Of a stretch of DNA of 64,000 bases, positions 1 through 13,105 are shown in pieces. How positions within the stretch are numbered: position 1 is the first letter of the stretch; each line of letters opens with the position of its first letter. A program made the translations under genes and the position numbers. Source of the DNA: Sphyrna mokarran. Lineage: Eukaryota. The stretch spans positions 2,604,001-2,668,000 of the forward strand of contig JAGIQG010000043.1 in assembly GCA_024679065.1 (NCBI GenBank), given 5' to 3'. The notes under the pieces were generated by a model. That model had not been told where the DNA came from. It was given only the letters and a program-made list of their open reading frames with translations, and did no database searches.

Positions 1-94
1 GGCATTTGCACTGCATATGTCACGTCTCCCACACAGAGATTTCGCAGTGAGATTTGGATTAGTATTCAGAAACCCGCCGATTGGGTCGTGGACA

Positions 95-137
95 ATGAGT
101 TTGCTCGGCGTTTGTGCACTGCTCCATCTCTTCCAAG
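95..137 (+). pseudogene. Leader exon of decayed paralog A (MSLLGVCALLHLFQG)
   Basis: ACAATG start, hydrophobic peptide and phase-1 donor CAAG|gtgagatatc. Clearly homologous to 21665-21707. Confidence 0.65.
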
Positions 138-714
138 GTGAGATATCTTTGACAAATTCAGATGAGTGGATAATGATTTCTGTACAGTAAATAAAGATAC
201 TATTTTTACTGAGGGTGAAAGAGATTGAAGACAATTGGTAAATGTCTGGAAACGGGAAGGATTAATTTAAACATATTATTGTCAAATGGAAGTCACTGCC
301 CGAAAGGCAGATTCAATCGGAAATTTCAAAAGAGGCTGTTTGCTTAAGAATGTGATGGGGCCAAAGTGCCAGAGATATGGGGGAAACAAGAAAAGAGAGG
401 GCGGGGACTAATTAGATAAATCTGCAATGGTCCAGCAGGGGCACGAATAGCGGAATGGTCTCCAGCTGTGCTGTGCAATGTATGATTATGTAGCTTCGCA
501 TTCACGTTTAATTTGAAATAAAACACATATTAACGAAGGGGAAAATGTAGTGTATGAATCAATAAATAACAATTAACAAAAAATATATACTGAATTAGAA
601 TCATCGAATACCTCCAGCATAGAAATAGGATATTCGGCCAATCAGCCAATCACAATCAATAATCCCAAACGTGCCATATCTACGTCACCTTTTGTACGTA
701 CTCCACTAATCTCC

Positions 715-1005
715 CGGACACTGAGGGCAATTTAGCATGTCCAATCCACATAACCTGCACACCTTTGGACACTAAAGGCCAATTTAGCATGGCCAGTCCA
801 CCGAAACTGCACACCTTCCGACACTAAATGACAATTTAGCATGATCATTCCACCAAACCCACTCATCTTTGGATGGTAAGGGGCAATTTCGCACGTCCAA
901 TAGCTAACCGACACATCTTTGGCCTTTAAAGGCAATTTAACATGGCCCATCCACATGGTTTACACATTCTGGAACACCAGGGGACGATTTAGCATGACGA
1001 TCATT
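715..1005 (-). repeat. SINE-derived 52-bp tandem array (~5-6 units)
   Basis: Same unit as 23840-24245; a similar array lies at 8310-8720 on the + strand. Confidence 0.85.
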
Positions 1006-1025
1006 TAAATCGTCATGCTATTAAA

Positions 1026-1207
1026 TCCCGGGATATCTGGGTACAGATGAATTCAGGGACTCTGGAGCTGAATGGGAACTACACCATCACCAGTTACATC
1101 AGCGTCTCCACAGAAACTTGGAGTAGCGGCGCTTGCTGTACTTGGCCTGCTCAGATCAACTCTGGTGATCATCTTCTAAGTGAAAGTGTCTCAGCTCAGA
1201 GATATCG
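1026..1207 (+). pseudogene. 3' half of a C1 exon, paralog A
   Basis: Reads GTLELNGNYTITSYISVSTETWSSGACCTW, against GTMEVNGTYSIRSHVMVSGVTWRSGALCTC in the intact gene. The core Trp has become Arg and the F-strand Cys has become Trp. The 5' half is replaced by SINE sequence. Confidence 0.75.
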
Positions 1208-1304
1208 GTATTCACAATGATCACCCGTTAATGTACTCCATGTTAATGCGAGACTTCACAGTGAGTGTCTCTTGTAAATTCCAAATCTCTCTAATTTCCG
1301 ATCG

Positions 1305-1735
1305 GTGGCATGGTGGCACAAAGACCAGCATGGCTGCTTCACAGCGCCAGAGATCCAGGCTCAATTCAACCTCTAGTCACTATTTGTGTGGAGTCTGAAC
1401 GTTCTCCCCGTGTCTGCTTGGATTTTCTCCAGGTGCTTGAATTTCATCCCACAGTCCGAAGATGTGGCAGTTAATTGGATTGACCGTGCTACAAAAGCAT
1501 TTATTGTCCAAAAATGTGTAAGCTAGATGGATTGGCCTTGCTAAATTTCCTTTTAGTGTCCAACGATGTATAAACTAAGTGGATTGGCCATGGTAAATTG
1601 CCCCTTAGTGTCAGCGGGATTAGCAACATAAATAAGTGGGGTTATGGGATTACAGACTTTGGGTGGGATTTTTGTTGGTGCGTGGTCAATAGGCCGAATG
1701 GCTTCCTTCAGCAATGTAGGGTTTCTATGATTCTA
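1305..1735 (+). mobile_element. HE1/V-SINE-type tRNA-derived SINE
   Basis: tRNA-like head, gtggagt..gttctccccgtgtctgc core, CR1-like tail. Confidence 0.8.
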
Positions 1736-2959
1736 TAAATTCAATCAATCATTAACCTATCACAGGTTTCTCAAAGTTTCACATTCTGAAAATGTACTTC
1801 TTTATTTGTACTCCAGGGAGTCATAGATTCATAGAACCCTACAGTGCGGAAAGAGGCCCTTCAAGTCTGTACCAACCACAATCCCACCCAAACTCTACCC
1901 CCATATTCCTACATATTACTACCCATTGATTCCTCTATTCTAAGCATCGTAGGACACTAAGGGTCAATTTTATCATGGCGAATCAATCTGCACTGTGAGA
2001 GGAAACCGGGGTACCCAGAGGAAACTCACGCAGACACGAGGACAATGTGCAAACGCCATACAGACAATGACCCGAGCTGCCCGCGTGTGCTCCCGTGCCA
2101 CCCACATGGATGTTCAGTCAGTGAGATAGCGTTGTAGGCATTGCATAGGAAGTGGCGGGGGGTGGGGGGGGGCGTTAATATATTTGGATGATAGCCGGAA
2201 GCTTGAAGATTTGTTGATAATCAGTCACCATTATTGCATAGAGGAGCAGCCTGAAAGGTCAGGGTGGTCTCCTGCTGTTTCGTTTTGTGTTCTTGTGCCT
2301 AACTAGGCAATATTGACACTGTTGGTTGTCAGTGGTTGATCTAGCGATGTGTGAAATTGAAGAGTTTGATTACGTTCCCAGAGTGACTTTATATTAACCC
2401 GCTGTGTGCAGTCATTTACTTACCCGTTCTTAAACTTACTTATCTCATACTCATTTAAACACTGCCTGTCTGTTTATCTTTGTGCTATAGATGACCGACC
2501 ATCTCTCTCCCCTTTCTAGATTTTCTCTCTCAATCTATGTAATCATGTCCCAGCGCAGTTTAACCTATGTCTCTCGTTCACTATGTCTACTCATCTTACA
2601 GTTTGCATCTCTCCTCTCTCTCTACTTATCTGTCTGAGCATCTCTCTCTCTTTCTCCCTCTCTCCCTTTCTATTTCTCTCTCTACATCTCTCTCTCTTTC
2701 TTTATGTGTGTGTCTCGGTCTCTTTCTTTTTCCCTCTTTCTCTCTGTCCCTCTTTCTAACTCTGTCTCTCCCTCTCTCTCTCCCTGGCTCCCTGTCTCTC
2801 TTTTTCACTGCCCTTCTGTTTGTTTGTGTCTCCCTCTTTCATTGTCTCCCTCTTTGTCTCTTTTTGAATGCATAGTTCTAAAAACATAGAGAGGGACAAT
2901 AGGTAAAACTGGAAACATCGAGGAGGCGGCACGAGCTCATTGGGTCAAAGGACCTGTTT

Positions 2960-3995
2960 CCCGTGCTCCAACTAAAAGCATGGTTGAGGGATTGGTGTAG
3001 GGCAGAGGGTTTCAGATTCATAGACCATTGGGAAGTCTTCATGAGGGGGGGCATCTATACAAGAGGGACGGGGAGCAGTTGTCTGGGAAGGGCACCCATA
3101 TTTTAGCTGGGAGGTTAGCTGGAGTGTTTCGGCAAGGTTTAAACTAATATGGAGGGGGGGTGGGGAGACAGAGGGAAGTGGGAGTGGGAGAGAGATGGGT
3201 GACAGGGTAAGTCCGGAGGGTAGGAAGGAGGATCAGAGAGGGCCTGAGGGTCTTCAGTGCATGTGTTTTAATGCGAGGAGTGTGACTGGCAAAACAGATG
3301 AACTGAAGGTAATAATGTTCAAGAGGAAGTTAGAAGTGGTGGCGGTGACTGAGACGTGGTTAAAGGAGGGGCAGGAGTGGCAATTGAATATTCCAGGGTA
3401 TAAGTGTTTTAGGCATGACAGAGGTGGTTTGAAGAGAGGAGGGGGAGTGGCGTTATTAGTTAAGGATCACATCATAGCAGTGCAGAGGGAGGGTAGTATG
3501 GATGATTTAGGAATTGAGTCGCTATGGGTGGAGTTGAGGAATAGGAAGGGAGAGGTTACTATGTTGGGTGTGTACTACAGACCGCCCAACAGCCCGCGGG
3601 TCGTGGAAGAAGGGATATGCAGGGACATTTTACAACAGGGACGTTAGTGTATACTTAAACTGGACCATCTGATGGGCAACATGACAGCTCAGAGATTATC
3701 GCTGTGCTGTGCAGACACATGGATTTGGGCCTGTGTGTGCGGGAGTTTGCGCGTTCTCCCCGTGGTTGCGTGGGTTTTCTCTGGGTGCTCCGGTTTCCTC
3801 CCACATCCCAAAAATGTGCTTTTAGGCTGATTGCGTAACAAATTTGACCAACAAATATATTGGTCACTATATGGGAATCTCCCACAATAGGCATAGCCTA
3901 AAGTCATGGATATGTCATTAAGACGTTGGGACGGCGGCGCGGGCTCGTTGGGCCAAAGGGCCTGTTTCCCGTGCTGTGTTGCTCTTTGTTCTTTG
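2960..3995 (+). mobile_element. Internally deleted CR1 LINE: ORF1 end, ORF2 APE endonuclease start, then 3' UTR
   Basis: ORF 3195..3647 has FNARS...VAVTETWL...GGGVALLVK...GVYYRPP, nearly identical to 34992..35939. It joins directly to the SINE-like 3' UTR at ~3642. Confidence 0.9.
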
Positions 3996-5483
3996 TTCTT
4001 TGTTTTGTTCTTTATTCTTTGTTCTTTTTCTCTCTCACTCTCCCCCTCTCTGCCTCCCTGTCTCTCTGCCTCTCTCTACCCGTATGTCTTTCTCTGTCCC
4101 TCCCTGCCTTTCCGTTTCTCTCTCTGATTCTTCTTTCTATTGATGCTTCCAGTCGTCTCTACACCTCTGCCTCGGCCTTCTCTCTTATAGTTACATGGTT
4201 CTCCATCTAAATATTGACCAATTCTTCTTCATGTATATCTATTGCTCTGTGTTTTTCGCATTTTTCGAATCTCTTTCACGGGATCGTGCTATACTGATCT
4301 GTTTCTCTGTTTCTATCCGATTTGTACCATTTTCTTTAAGACCTCTTCTGTCCCTGTTTCTATTTGTGAACCTTTTAACTGAGTTATACCAAATTTCCAT
4401 CTATTTATGAATGTCTCTTTCTGTCGATCTGTCTGTTTATTTCTCTTCTTATTTAATGGTTCTCTGTATGACCTTCTCTCTCGTTCTCTCTCTCTCGCCC
4501 CTTAGTTCTCTTTGCCTGCCCTTTGATTCTTCTCCTCCTCTCTCCCTGAGCATGCAACTGTCTTCTAATTCAGTATAAGCCTTCATTGAATCATAAAAAT
4601 GTTCAGAACGAAGCCATTTGGCCCACGGAGTCCCCACTAACAACAGTCACACCCCAGGCCTATCACCTACAACCCCACACATTTACCCCGCTAATGCCTC
4701 TATCCGTCATATCCTGGGATACGTCGTGCAATTTAGTATGGCCAATCAACCTAACATGCGCATCTTTGGACTGTGGGAGGAAACAGGATCACCCGGAAAA
4801 AAGAGCCACGCAGACATTCTTTTCTCTCTCTCGCCTATCTTTTCTGCCCACTCTCTGCATCTCTCTCTCACTTGCTCGCTCAACTTTTCTCTTTCTCTCT
4901 CACGTGTGTTTCTCTCTAACTTTTTCTATTGATTGTTCCAGTGATCTATATATCACCTTTCTATGTCTCAGTTGCATGGAGCCCCAGCTCAACTTCCATC
5001 CCTGTGTCTCCCTATTCCTGTGTCTCTCCTCTATCTTTCTCTATATCCATTTCATACGATGATGCTCTCTCTATTTGTTCCTGTTATTTTCGTATCCAAG
5101 TCGAGCAGTTTAGTGTAAGCCTGCCCCTTCAATCTCTCTACTTGTCAGAAGTTTGTCCGGCCAGTCACTAGGATTCTGTTATATCAACGAATCTCCCTTT
5201 CTGTCAATCCATCTGTAATTTTTCTCTCTTCTGTTCTAAATGTTCTGTATAAGATTTCTGGCAATTACCTCCCTCTCTGCCGCCACCTGTCCACGCAGTG
5301 TCCTATTGAAAAAATGCTATATGTGATCTTGATTCTAAAAAAAATTGATAATGACAGAGACAAAAAAAAGTTATTTCTGCCTTCGGGAGTATTTGAGCAG
5401 GCAGAGTTAAGAAAATTCTCCAAGTGTCTAATCCTTTCCACAATTCATTATTTTAACTGAAAGTTTTTTTTTATATTGTGTAG

Positions 5484-5785
5484 ATTCTTCGCTGCTGACC
5501 AATTGTATTTTCCTGCTTTTCAGGGCTTTGGCGATGTCGACACTTCTCCTTCTGGGATTGGTTCTTATGGCCGCAAGAGGGATTCAGGTAGCGGCAGAGA
5601 GGTAGCGACTGTTGGGAGATGCTTCACCTTTTGCGCTCTCAATCCATCCATTTGAAACTCATTATTTGCTCCTTGAGCGGTTTCAATGAGTCTTTGAGGT
5701 CCAACTTAAATTCTTCTTTCTAACAGGCACCGTGAACAGTGGCGAGGATTAGACAGGTTGCACAGAGCACAAACAGAATCAAGAG
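5484..5785 (+). pseudogene. TM exon (5484-5601) and first tail exon (5727-5785) of paralog A
   Basis: tgtgtag|AT...GAGAG|gt reads DSSLLTNCIFLLFRALAMSTLLLLGLVLMAARGI. The next exon is ttctaacag|GC...GAG|gtgat. Both align with 36209-36328 and 36030-36087; the TM exon is 2 nt shorter (118 vs 120). Confidence 0.6.
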
Positions 5786-6294
5786 GTGATTGAATAAGAT
5801 TATTATGGTCACTACACCCGGACAATTTGCAGAAAATGTTAATTAATCGTTAAGAATTCAATTCAGGATATCCTCGAAGAAGGTGGCAAGGTTAGCAGCA
5901 TATGTGGAGAGAGAAGCAATGTGTCAAGTCTCATAGAACCTTAGAATCTTACAGTGCAAAAGAGGCCCTTTGGATAATCGGATCCGCACTAACACGGTAG
6001 AAACACTTGAACACCAAGCTAATTCCATCTGCCAGTACTTGGCCCTTAACCTTGAATGTTGTGATGTGTCAAGGTCTCAATCGTGTACCTTGTAAAGATT
6101 ATAAGGGAACTGCCTCGACATCCTGCCAGGCCTCGCATTCCAGACCATCATTATCCTGTAGTTAAAAACGAGTTTTCCTCACATTCCCCATAAATCTCGT
6201 GCACTCACCTTGTACCTCTGTCTTTCGTGATTGACCCTTCAACTAAGGGTCCACTTAGTTAGTACCTTCTCCACTATATCCATATAGAATATAG

Positions 6295-6985
6295 AAACTA
6301 GAACACTATGGCACAAAGAGATCCTTTGGCCCAAAAGTTGTGCTGATCATATCCGTACCTACCAAGCCAATCTATAACTCTCAATCAAAGTAAACACCAT
6401 GGACTCGTCCAGAAATGGCTTAAAAAACCCCAATGCGTTCGCCTGTACCACCACCGACGGCAGCCGATTCCACTCACTCTCTTACCCCTGATATCTCCTC
6501 TGTACCTGCTCCCAGTATCTCTCATAATCTTACAGACTTCGGTCAAGTCCTCCCTCAGTTTTCTCTGTTTCAACACAAACAACCCAGACCTACCAAACCT
6601 CAGTTTACAACTCAAATGTTCTATGCCACGCAGCATTCTGGTGAACCTCCACTGAACTTCCTCCAGTGCAGTCACGTCCTTCCTATGATGTAGCGAGCAG
6701 AACTGAACACATTATTCTGGCTGTGGCAGGCCGAAAGTTCTACACAACTCCAACATGACCTCCCTGCTTTTGTAATCCATGCCTCAACTGATAAAAACAA
6801 GTTCCCATAAGGCTTTTTCGCCTCCCTGCTAACATGTTCTTCCACCTTCAGAGATCTATGGGCAAAAACGCCAAGGTCTCTCTGTACATCCTTGTGTCAT
6901 ACTGTTGATTGGGCGTTTCCTTGTCAAATTGCTCCTTCCAAACTGTATCACACACTTCACTGTTAAATTCCATCTGTCACTTCTC
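6295..6985 (-). mobile_element. CR1 LINE 3' fragment
   Basis: ORF 6385..6675 ALEEVQWRFTRML...LREDL; CR1 tail. Confidence 0.85.
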
Positions 6986-7149
6986 TATCCATTTGACAAT
7001 TCCACACGTATAAATCTTCTTCACATCTATTGTAAACTCATGTATTTTTATGTTTGTCTAAAAGACTTTGGATGGTGCTCATTACAACACAGAACAGGCA
7101 AGGTTTGCTTAACCTCCAGAATACAAGATTGTAACTTAATCTCATTGAA

Positions 7150-7830
7150 ATTTTCACACAGAGGTTGGTGGGGGTATGGAATGCACTGCCAAGTAACGTG
7201 GTGGTGTCAGGTACTCTGGAGTTATTTAAGAAATACTTAGATGGGCACATGAACAGAATGGGAATGGAGGGATATAGAAAACTGATTTAAAATAGGTATC
7301 ATGAGCCTTGGGAGTCCCTGGGAAGTGTGTAAATAGATGATGATATTGATGTACTTATTTTGATCCTACAGGTGCTTTGGTCCACCTTGTTGTCTAACGA
7401 GGGGCATACACGCGATGGGTCGTGAGAGGGCTGCTCTTGGATTTTTTTCGAGAGTATCCTAGTGCTTCACGTCGTTAGTGTACGCTTGACCTGGACCATT
7501 TGATGGGCAACACGACAGCTCAGTGACTATCGCTGTGCTGTGCAGATACATGGATTTAGGCCTGTGTCTGTGGGAGTTTGCGCATTCTCCCCGTGCTTGC
7601 GTGGGTTTTCTCCGGGTGCTCCGGTTTCCTCCCACATCCCAAAGATGTGCTCTTAGGCTAATTGGCAAAACAATGTCTCCCTAAATTGTCTCAAATTTGG
7701 TTTTTGATCCATAGATCTATAAACATGGACAGGGATCGCGGGTAGAGTTGGGAACATCGGGATGGCGGCGCGGGCTCGTTAGGCAGAAGGGCCTGTTTCC
7801 CGTGCTGTTTTGTTCTTTGTTCTTCTTTGT
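7150..7830 (+). mobile_element. 5'-truncated CR1 with hairpin + V-SINE-containing 3' UTR
   Basis: ORF2 end FTQRLVGVWNALP...FKKYLD, then the composite UTR (7365-7830) ending in (gttcttt)n. Confidence 0.8.
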
Positions 7831-8866
7831 ACTTTGAAATGCTTTAAATGATTACACAACATTATTGGACTGGGATAGATGAAGAGTGGCCTCTCTTCGT
7901 TTGGGGGGAATTCCTGACAAGCAGGCAGAAAAGTAAAATGATAGACAAATGTTCGGAGGTGGGCGCGGGAAGTTCTTCATATTAGGAGGAATGGAATTCT
8001 GGAACAGTTGCGACTAAAAAGTCGTATAGGGCAGTGATCAATTGAAACTATCAAAACTGAGAAGGACAGCTTATTGTCAGGGAGGTTTGTAAGAATTATA
8101 GAAACATAGGGGGAATACGTCAGGAAGCTACCTATCAGCCATGATCTGAATTGAATGGGACTATGCTACAATAGTTAACATTGCTGTCTCACAATTCCAG
8201 GCACTTGCATTCAACTCTGGCCTTCGATGACTGTGGAGTTTGCATGTCGTCCCCGTATCTGCATGGAGTACCCCCAGGTGCTCTAGTTTCCTGTCATAGT
8301 CCGAATATGTGGAAGTTAATGGACCGTCCATGCCATGTTGGCCTTTGGTGCCCGAAGATCAGGGGATAGGCCATACCACATGACCCCTTTGTGTCCAAAG
8401 TTAGGGGGATTTGCCATGCTAAATTGCCCCTTAGTGTCCAAGGCTGTGTTGGTTAAGTGGGTTGGCCATGCCAAATTGTACGTTAGTGTCCGAAGATGCA
8501 GGGTCTGGCCATGTTAAATTACTCTTTAGTGCCCAAAAATGTGCAATTATGTGGTTTGGCCACGTAAATTTCCCCTTAGTATCCAAATTTTTGCTGGTTA
8601 GGTGGATTAGCCATGGTAAATTCACCCTTAGAATCCAAAGATTTGTACATCAGATCAATTAGATGCGCTAAATTGCCCCACAGATTCCAAAGATGAGTCC
8701 CTTAGATGGATTATTCATGGTTAACATGCGGGTTAATGGGCATACAGCGGGGATAGGCCTGGGTAAGATTCTCTTTCATGGATTCTATGGATCTCTGGGT
8801 TCAATGGTCTCACCTATCCCGGCACTATTGGTGTTGACTACAGTACAAATGACTTTTTATCCGCAG

Positions 8867-8911
8867 GCACTTGAGGCTGTCCTGGCCTTCAACCAGGATG
8901 CAACATTCTAA
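8867..8911 (+). pseudogene. Possible terminal exon of paralog A (ALEAVLAFNQDATF*), Tyr of a YAVL motif lost
   Basis: Strong acceptor tttttatccgcag|. Resembles YAVLELEHGTL* at 29984-30019. Confidence 0.35.
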
Positions 8912-10754
8912 CTGGAGAGGAAAGGGCGTGCTCACCGTGTGGTTTCTGGACGTCTCATGTTGCAGAAACTTTAGAATTTGTTGTATGCGAAGTTTGAACA
9001 GGTGAATTCTCAACTGCAGACGGATTTGTGGTTGAATGTCTACACTGGCCCATAAAGTGGAAAGGGAATTTTGTCCTAATGTTAATTATTCTACAATTAA
9101 ATATCGCTTGCGGTTCAACTTGAGTCTTTTCAAGTTTCTAATTTCCGATATCGGCGTTGACAATTCCATGCTGCATTTTGTACAGCACGTTAGGCAAAGC
9201 AATGATACAATCCATTGAACACGTTTTGAAAAGCCGTGTGATTCCAGTTCCCCAAGTGGTTCAGAATGAAAGTATTTCGGGTGGCGCTTTAGCTCATTAA
9301 CGAAGCCATTTTTGGAGTGAAAAATGCATTTGAAGTAGGTTTAGGGACTGACAAGACACCTGCTTGGGAATTTCAGCTACATAAATATGAAGTCTACAGT
9401 TTTGTGTGCATCTCAAGACTAAACAGATTGTGTCCTGCTATTGGACACAGATATATTTATTCTTGAAACAAAATTCACAATCCGTGTTCCCGTCTGACGT
9501 CATGGGTAAGCGGATATTATCCGCACAAATCATCGAATTATGGCTGTAGAAAGTGGCCATTCTGCCCGTCAAACAGGTGCCAATTGGATGAACCTGCTCT
9601 CTAGTTGTGCATCTTATTTATCTCCCAAAATCCCTGAAAATTACTCCCCTTCGAACACAGCACCCTATTATTCTGTTTGTAAATATTACTATCAATACCG
9701 TTGGCAAACTCAGCCAATAGCTTTGACTGAAAGAGTTTTGCGTGCAAAGTGTTTAATCCAAACTCGCTAACAGAATTTGGGCGGCACTGTCACACAGTGG
9801 TTGACACTGTTGCCTCACAGAGCCAGGGACGCGGGTTCGATTCTCGGTTTGGGTCACCGTCGATGTAGAGTTTGTACAGTCTCCCCTTGTCTGCGTAGGT
9901 TTTCCTCCTCCCACAGTCCGACAGACGGGCTGTATTTACCTAAACAGCGCCGAAGTGTGGCAACTAAGTGAATTTCATAACAATTTATTTGCATGTTAAT
10001 GTAAGCTTTACTTGTGACTAATAACTAAATAAAATAAATAAGGAAATACTTACTCACGTAAGAGGTTCAATTAAAGGAAGGAGCAAATTTGAAACGCTGT
10101 TTGACTGAGATGACGCCTTTAATATCAGAAATATTAGGACTTATTTTTTGAATCCGTTGCGGTGATAGTTACATGATAATGGAGACGGTTGTTAAGATCT
10201 GGCCTATCAAGTTTCTCCTGTGATTCCCATTACAAATGCATTTTTTAAATTGAATATAGGTGTGGTCGACTCAAACACAAACATTCCACACGGAAATTGA
10301 GTGGATGATTTGCAGGCATGTGTTGCTATAGGCAGAATAGCCCTTCCCATTATTCTTCAATCGATTATTTCTCGATTTTGCCTCAGAACCCCTCCAAATT
10401 CCGGAGAATTTAGCATGGCCAAAACATCTTAGCAGCAGTCTCTCGGACTATGGAAGGAGAACAGAAAACCCAAAGCAAACCTTGGGGACACGGGGGAAAC
10501 GTGCAGACACAGACGATCATCCAAGCCAGGAATCGAACACATGTCCTGCCTGTGAGGCAGCAAAGCTAACCAAAGTGCCACTTTTTGTCTATGGAAATAA
10601 AAACACGTCCCTCTACATTAGAAATACTCTGTGTTCATGCTACTTGAATTATCAGTTCTATTGTCGAAATTCAAATTTCTATTCTGCAAGGAAAAACGTA
10701 TTAAAATGACCTCTGAGGTAGAGTCATTCATACTCAAAACGTTGGCTGTGCTCT

Positions 10755-11605
10755 CTCCAAGACAGAATGGATGGAAGGTGTTGTTTTCCAATCTGCAGGC
10801 CTGTGATCAGTGGCGTGCCTCAAAGATCGGTGCTCGGTCTACATTTATAATTATGTAATTGATTTGGCTGAGAACTTAGGAAGCATGATTAGTAAGTTTC
10901 CGAATTATGCCAAGATTTGCGGCGAGTGGTCAGTCTAGAAACTTATTTTAGATTGCAACAGAATCTTGATCAATTGGGCCAGTGGGCTAATGAATGGCAG
11001 ATAGAATTTAATTTAAATAAATGTGACGTGATGCATTTTGGTAGATCAAACCAGGGCAGGAGCTATCTGTTAATATTAGGATGGTGGAGAGAGTTACAGA
11101 ACAAAAGGTTCTAGCGATACATACAATTAGCTCCTTGACAGTGGGGTCAAGGGTGGAAGAGTAATGAAGAAAAGATTTGACATCTTAGTTTTATTGGTCA
11201 GAACATTGAATGCAGGAGTTGGGCGTCTTCTTGAAGTTGTACTAAGCATTGATAAGGCCAGACATTAATCACGCCCCCTAGTCCTGAAATGGCCCTCGTA
11301 AATCGTATCTGCACTCTTTCCAGTATATAAATCTCTTTTGAATCATATGGCTAAAAAGCACAGTACACAATACATCAAATGCAACCTCACCAACGACTTA
11401 CGCGAATATTGTGTACAGTTCTGGTCACCGTATTACGGAAAGGATATTATGAAACTAGAAGGCTGCAGAAAAGGTTTACTAGGATTTAACGGGGACTTGG
11501 TGGTTTATAAGGAGAGGCTGAATAGACTGGGACATTTTTCCCTGTAGCGTAGGAGGCTAAGGGGTGATCTTATCATCGGGGACATAGACCAGTTAGATAG
11601 TCACA
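10755..11605 (+). mobile_element. Degenerate CR1 RT fragment
   Basis: LQQNLDQLGQWANEWQIEFN..KC.VMHFG and EYCVQFWSP. Confidence 0.85.
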
Positions 11606-12197
11606 GCTGCCCGATGCAGATAGCCTGCTGATTGAGAGGAATAGTTACAAGACCAAGAGTAGGCAGGGAGACAGATACCGGATGAAGCAATTATCTGACA
11701 CCAACTTATGTTGTCACCTTTTTGCATTGCGCTACGCTATGCTTGCAAGCAGAATATTTTCGAAATGAAGTAAATACAATCAGAATTAGGGCGATATCCT
11801 CAGTGCACAGGGGAATGCAATTAAGCAGATATGTTGTTCATTTCAAGGACATTGTCTTTACTCCTCAGTCTCCACACCGCCTTTCACCAGTGTCTCACAC
11901 TGTGTCGTGTTTCCCTTTCCGGCCGGAGACACAGATCGGCTCCTGAGCGGTAAACAGTCAAAATTAATTGCAATAAGTCTCCTTGACACTTACAACACAC
12001 TTAAAAATTTACATTAACACTGCGTTGATTTTCCAGTGCTATTTTCAAACGCTGTACGGAGTCTCTGCAAAATGTGAAAGTTTTAACGTTTATTTATTAG
12101 TGTCACACAAGGAGGTTTACGTTAACTTACAAAATAATGAAAGAGCTAGGTAGGGTAGATGTATAGAGATTCTTCCTGCTTAGAAAGGAAACCAGAA

Positions 12198-13105
12198 CTG
12201 CAGATGACACTAAAGTCGGTGGAGTGGTAGATAGTGAAGAGGGGTGTTATAGTTTGCAGAGGGACTTGGACAAGTTGCAGAGCTGGGCCGAGAGGTGGCA
12301 AATGGAGTTTAATGTGGAAAAGTGTGAGGTAATGCACTATGGCAGAAATAATAAATGTGTAGAGTATAGGGCAAATGGTAGGATTCTTAGTAGTCTAGAT
12401 GAACAGAGGGATCTTGGTGTGTATGTGCATAGATCCCTGAAAGTAGGCAGTCAAGTCGAGAAGGTTGTTAAGAAGGCATATGGAGTCTTAGCTTTTATTG
12501 GTAGGGGGATTGAATTTCGGAGCCGCAACGTCATGTTGCAACTGTACAAAACTCTAGTGCGGCCGCACTTGGAGTATTGTGTGCAGTTCTGGTCCCCACA
12601 TTATAAGAAAGATGTGGAGGCATTGGAGAGGGTACAGAGGAGGTTTACCAGGATGTTGCCTGGTATGGAGGGCAGGTCTTATGAAGAGAGGCTGAGGGAT
12701 TTGAGGTTGTTTTCGTTAGAAAGGAGGCGGCTAAGAGGGGACCTTATTGAAACATATAAGATGATTAGAGGTTTAGATAGGGTGGACAGTGATAGCCTTT
12801 TTCCTAGGATGGAGAAAGCTAGCACGAGGGGACACAGCTTTAAATTAAGGGGTGATAGTTATAGGACGGATATCAGAGGTAGGTTCTTTACCCAAAGGGT
12901 GGTTCGGGAGTGGAATGCCCTGCCTGCAGCAGTTGTAGATGCGCCAAGTTTGGTGGCGTTTAAGAGGTTAGTTGATAAGTATATGGAAGAGAAGGGAATG
13001 GTTTAGTTTGGAGGGGCATTGCTTTTTATATTGGTCGGCGCAACATCGAAGGCCGAAGGGCCTGTTCTGTGCTGTAATGTTGTATGTTGTATGTTCTATG
13101 TTCTA
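12198..13105 (+). mobile_element. Young 5'-truncated CR1 LINE (ORF2 C-terminus and 3' UTR)
   Basis: ORF 12224..13006 is uninterrupted ([23 protein letters not shown]); (tgttcta)n tail. Confidence 0.95.

Noticed and set aside
4-11. ATTTGCAC octamer-like motif upstream of leader A
   Set aside because: Only a 7/8 match at the window edge, with no exact octamer upstream of leader C or the intact gene.
1257-1263. CACAGTG heptamers as possible RSS (here and in SINE heads)
   Set aside because: I saw no ACAAAAACC-like nonamer at 12/23 spacing, and none abuts a V or J coding end.
3668-3697. CTGATG...hammerhead-like motif in the composite CR1 UTR
   Set aside because: It reads CTGATGG rather than CTGANGA and has no GAAA after the putative stem II.
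2567-5171. Leu/Ser-rich ORFs
   Set aside because: These are translations of (CT)n low-complexity tracts.
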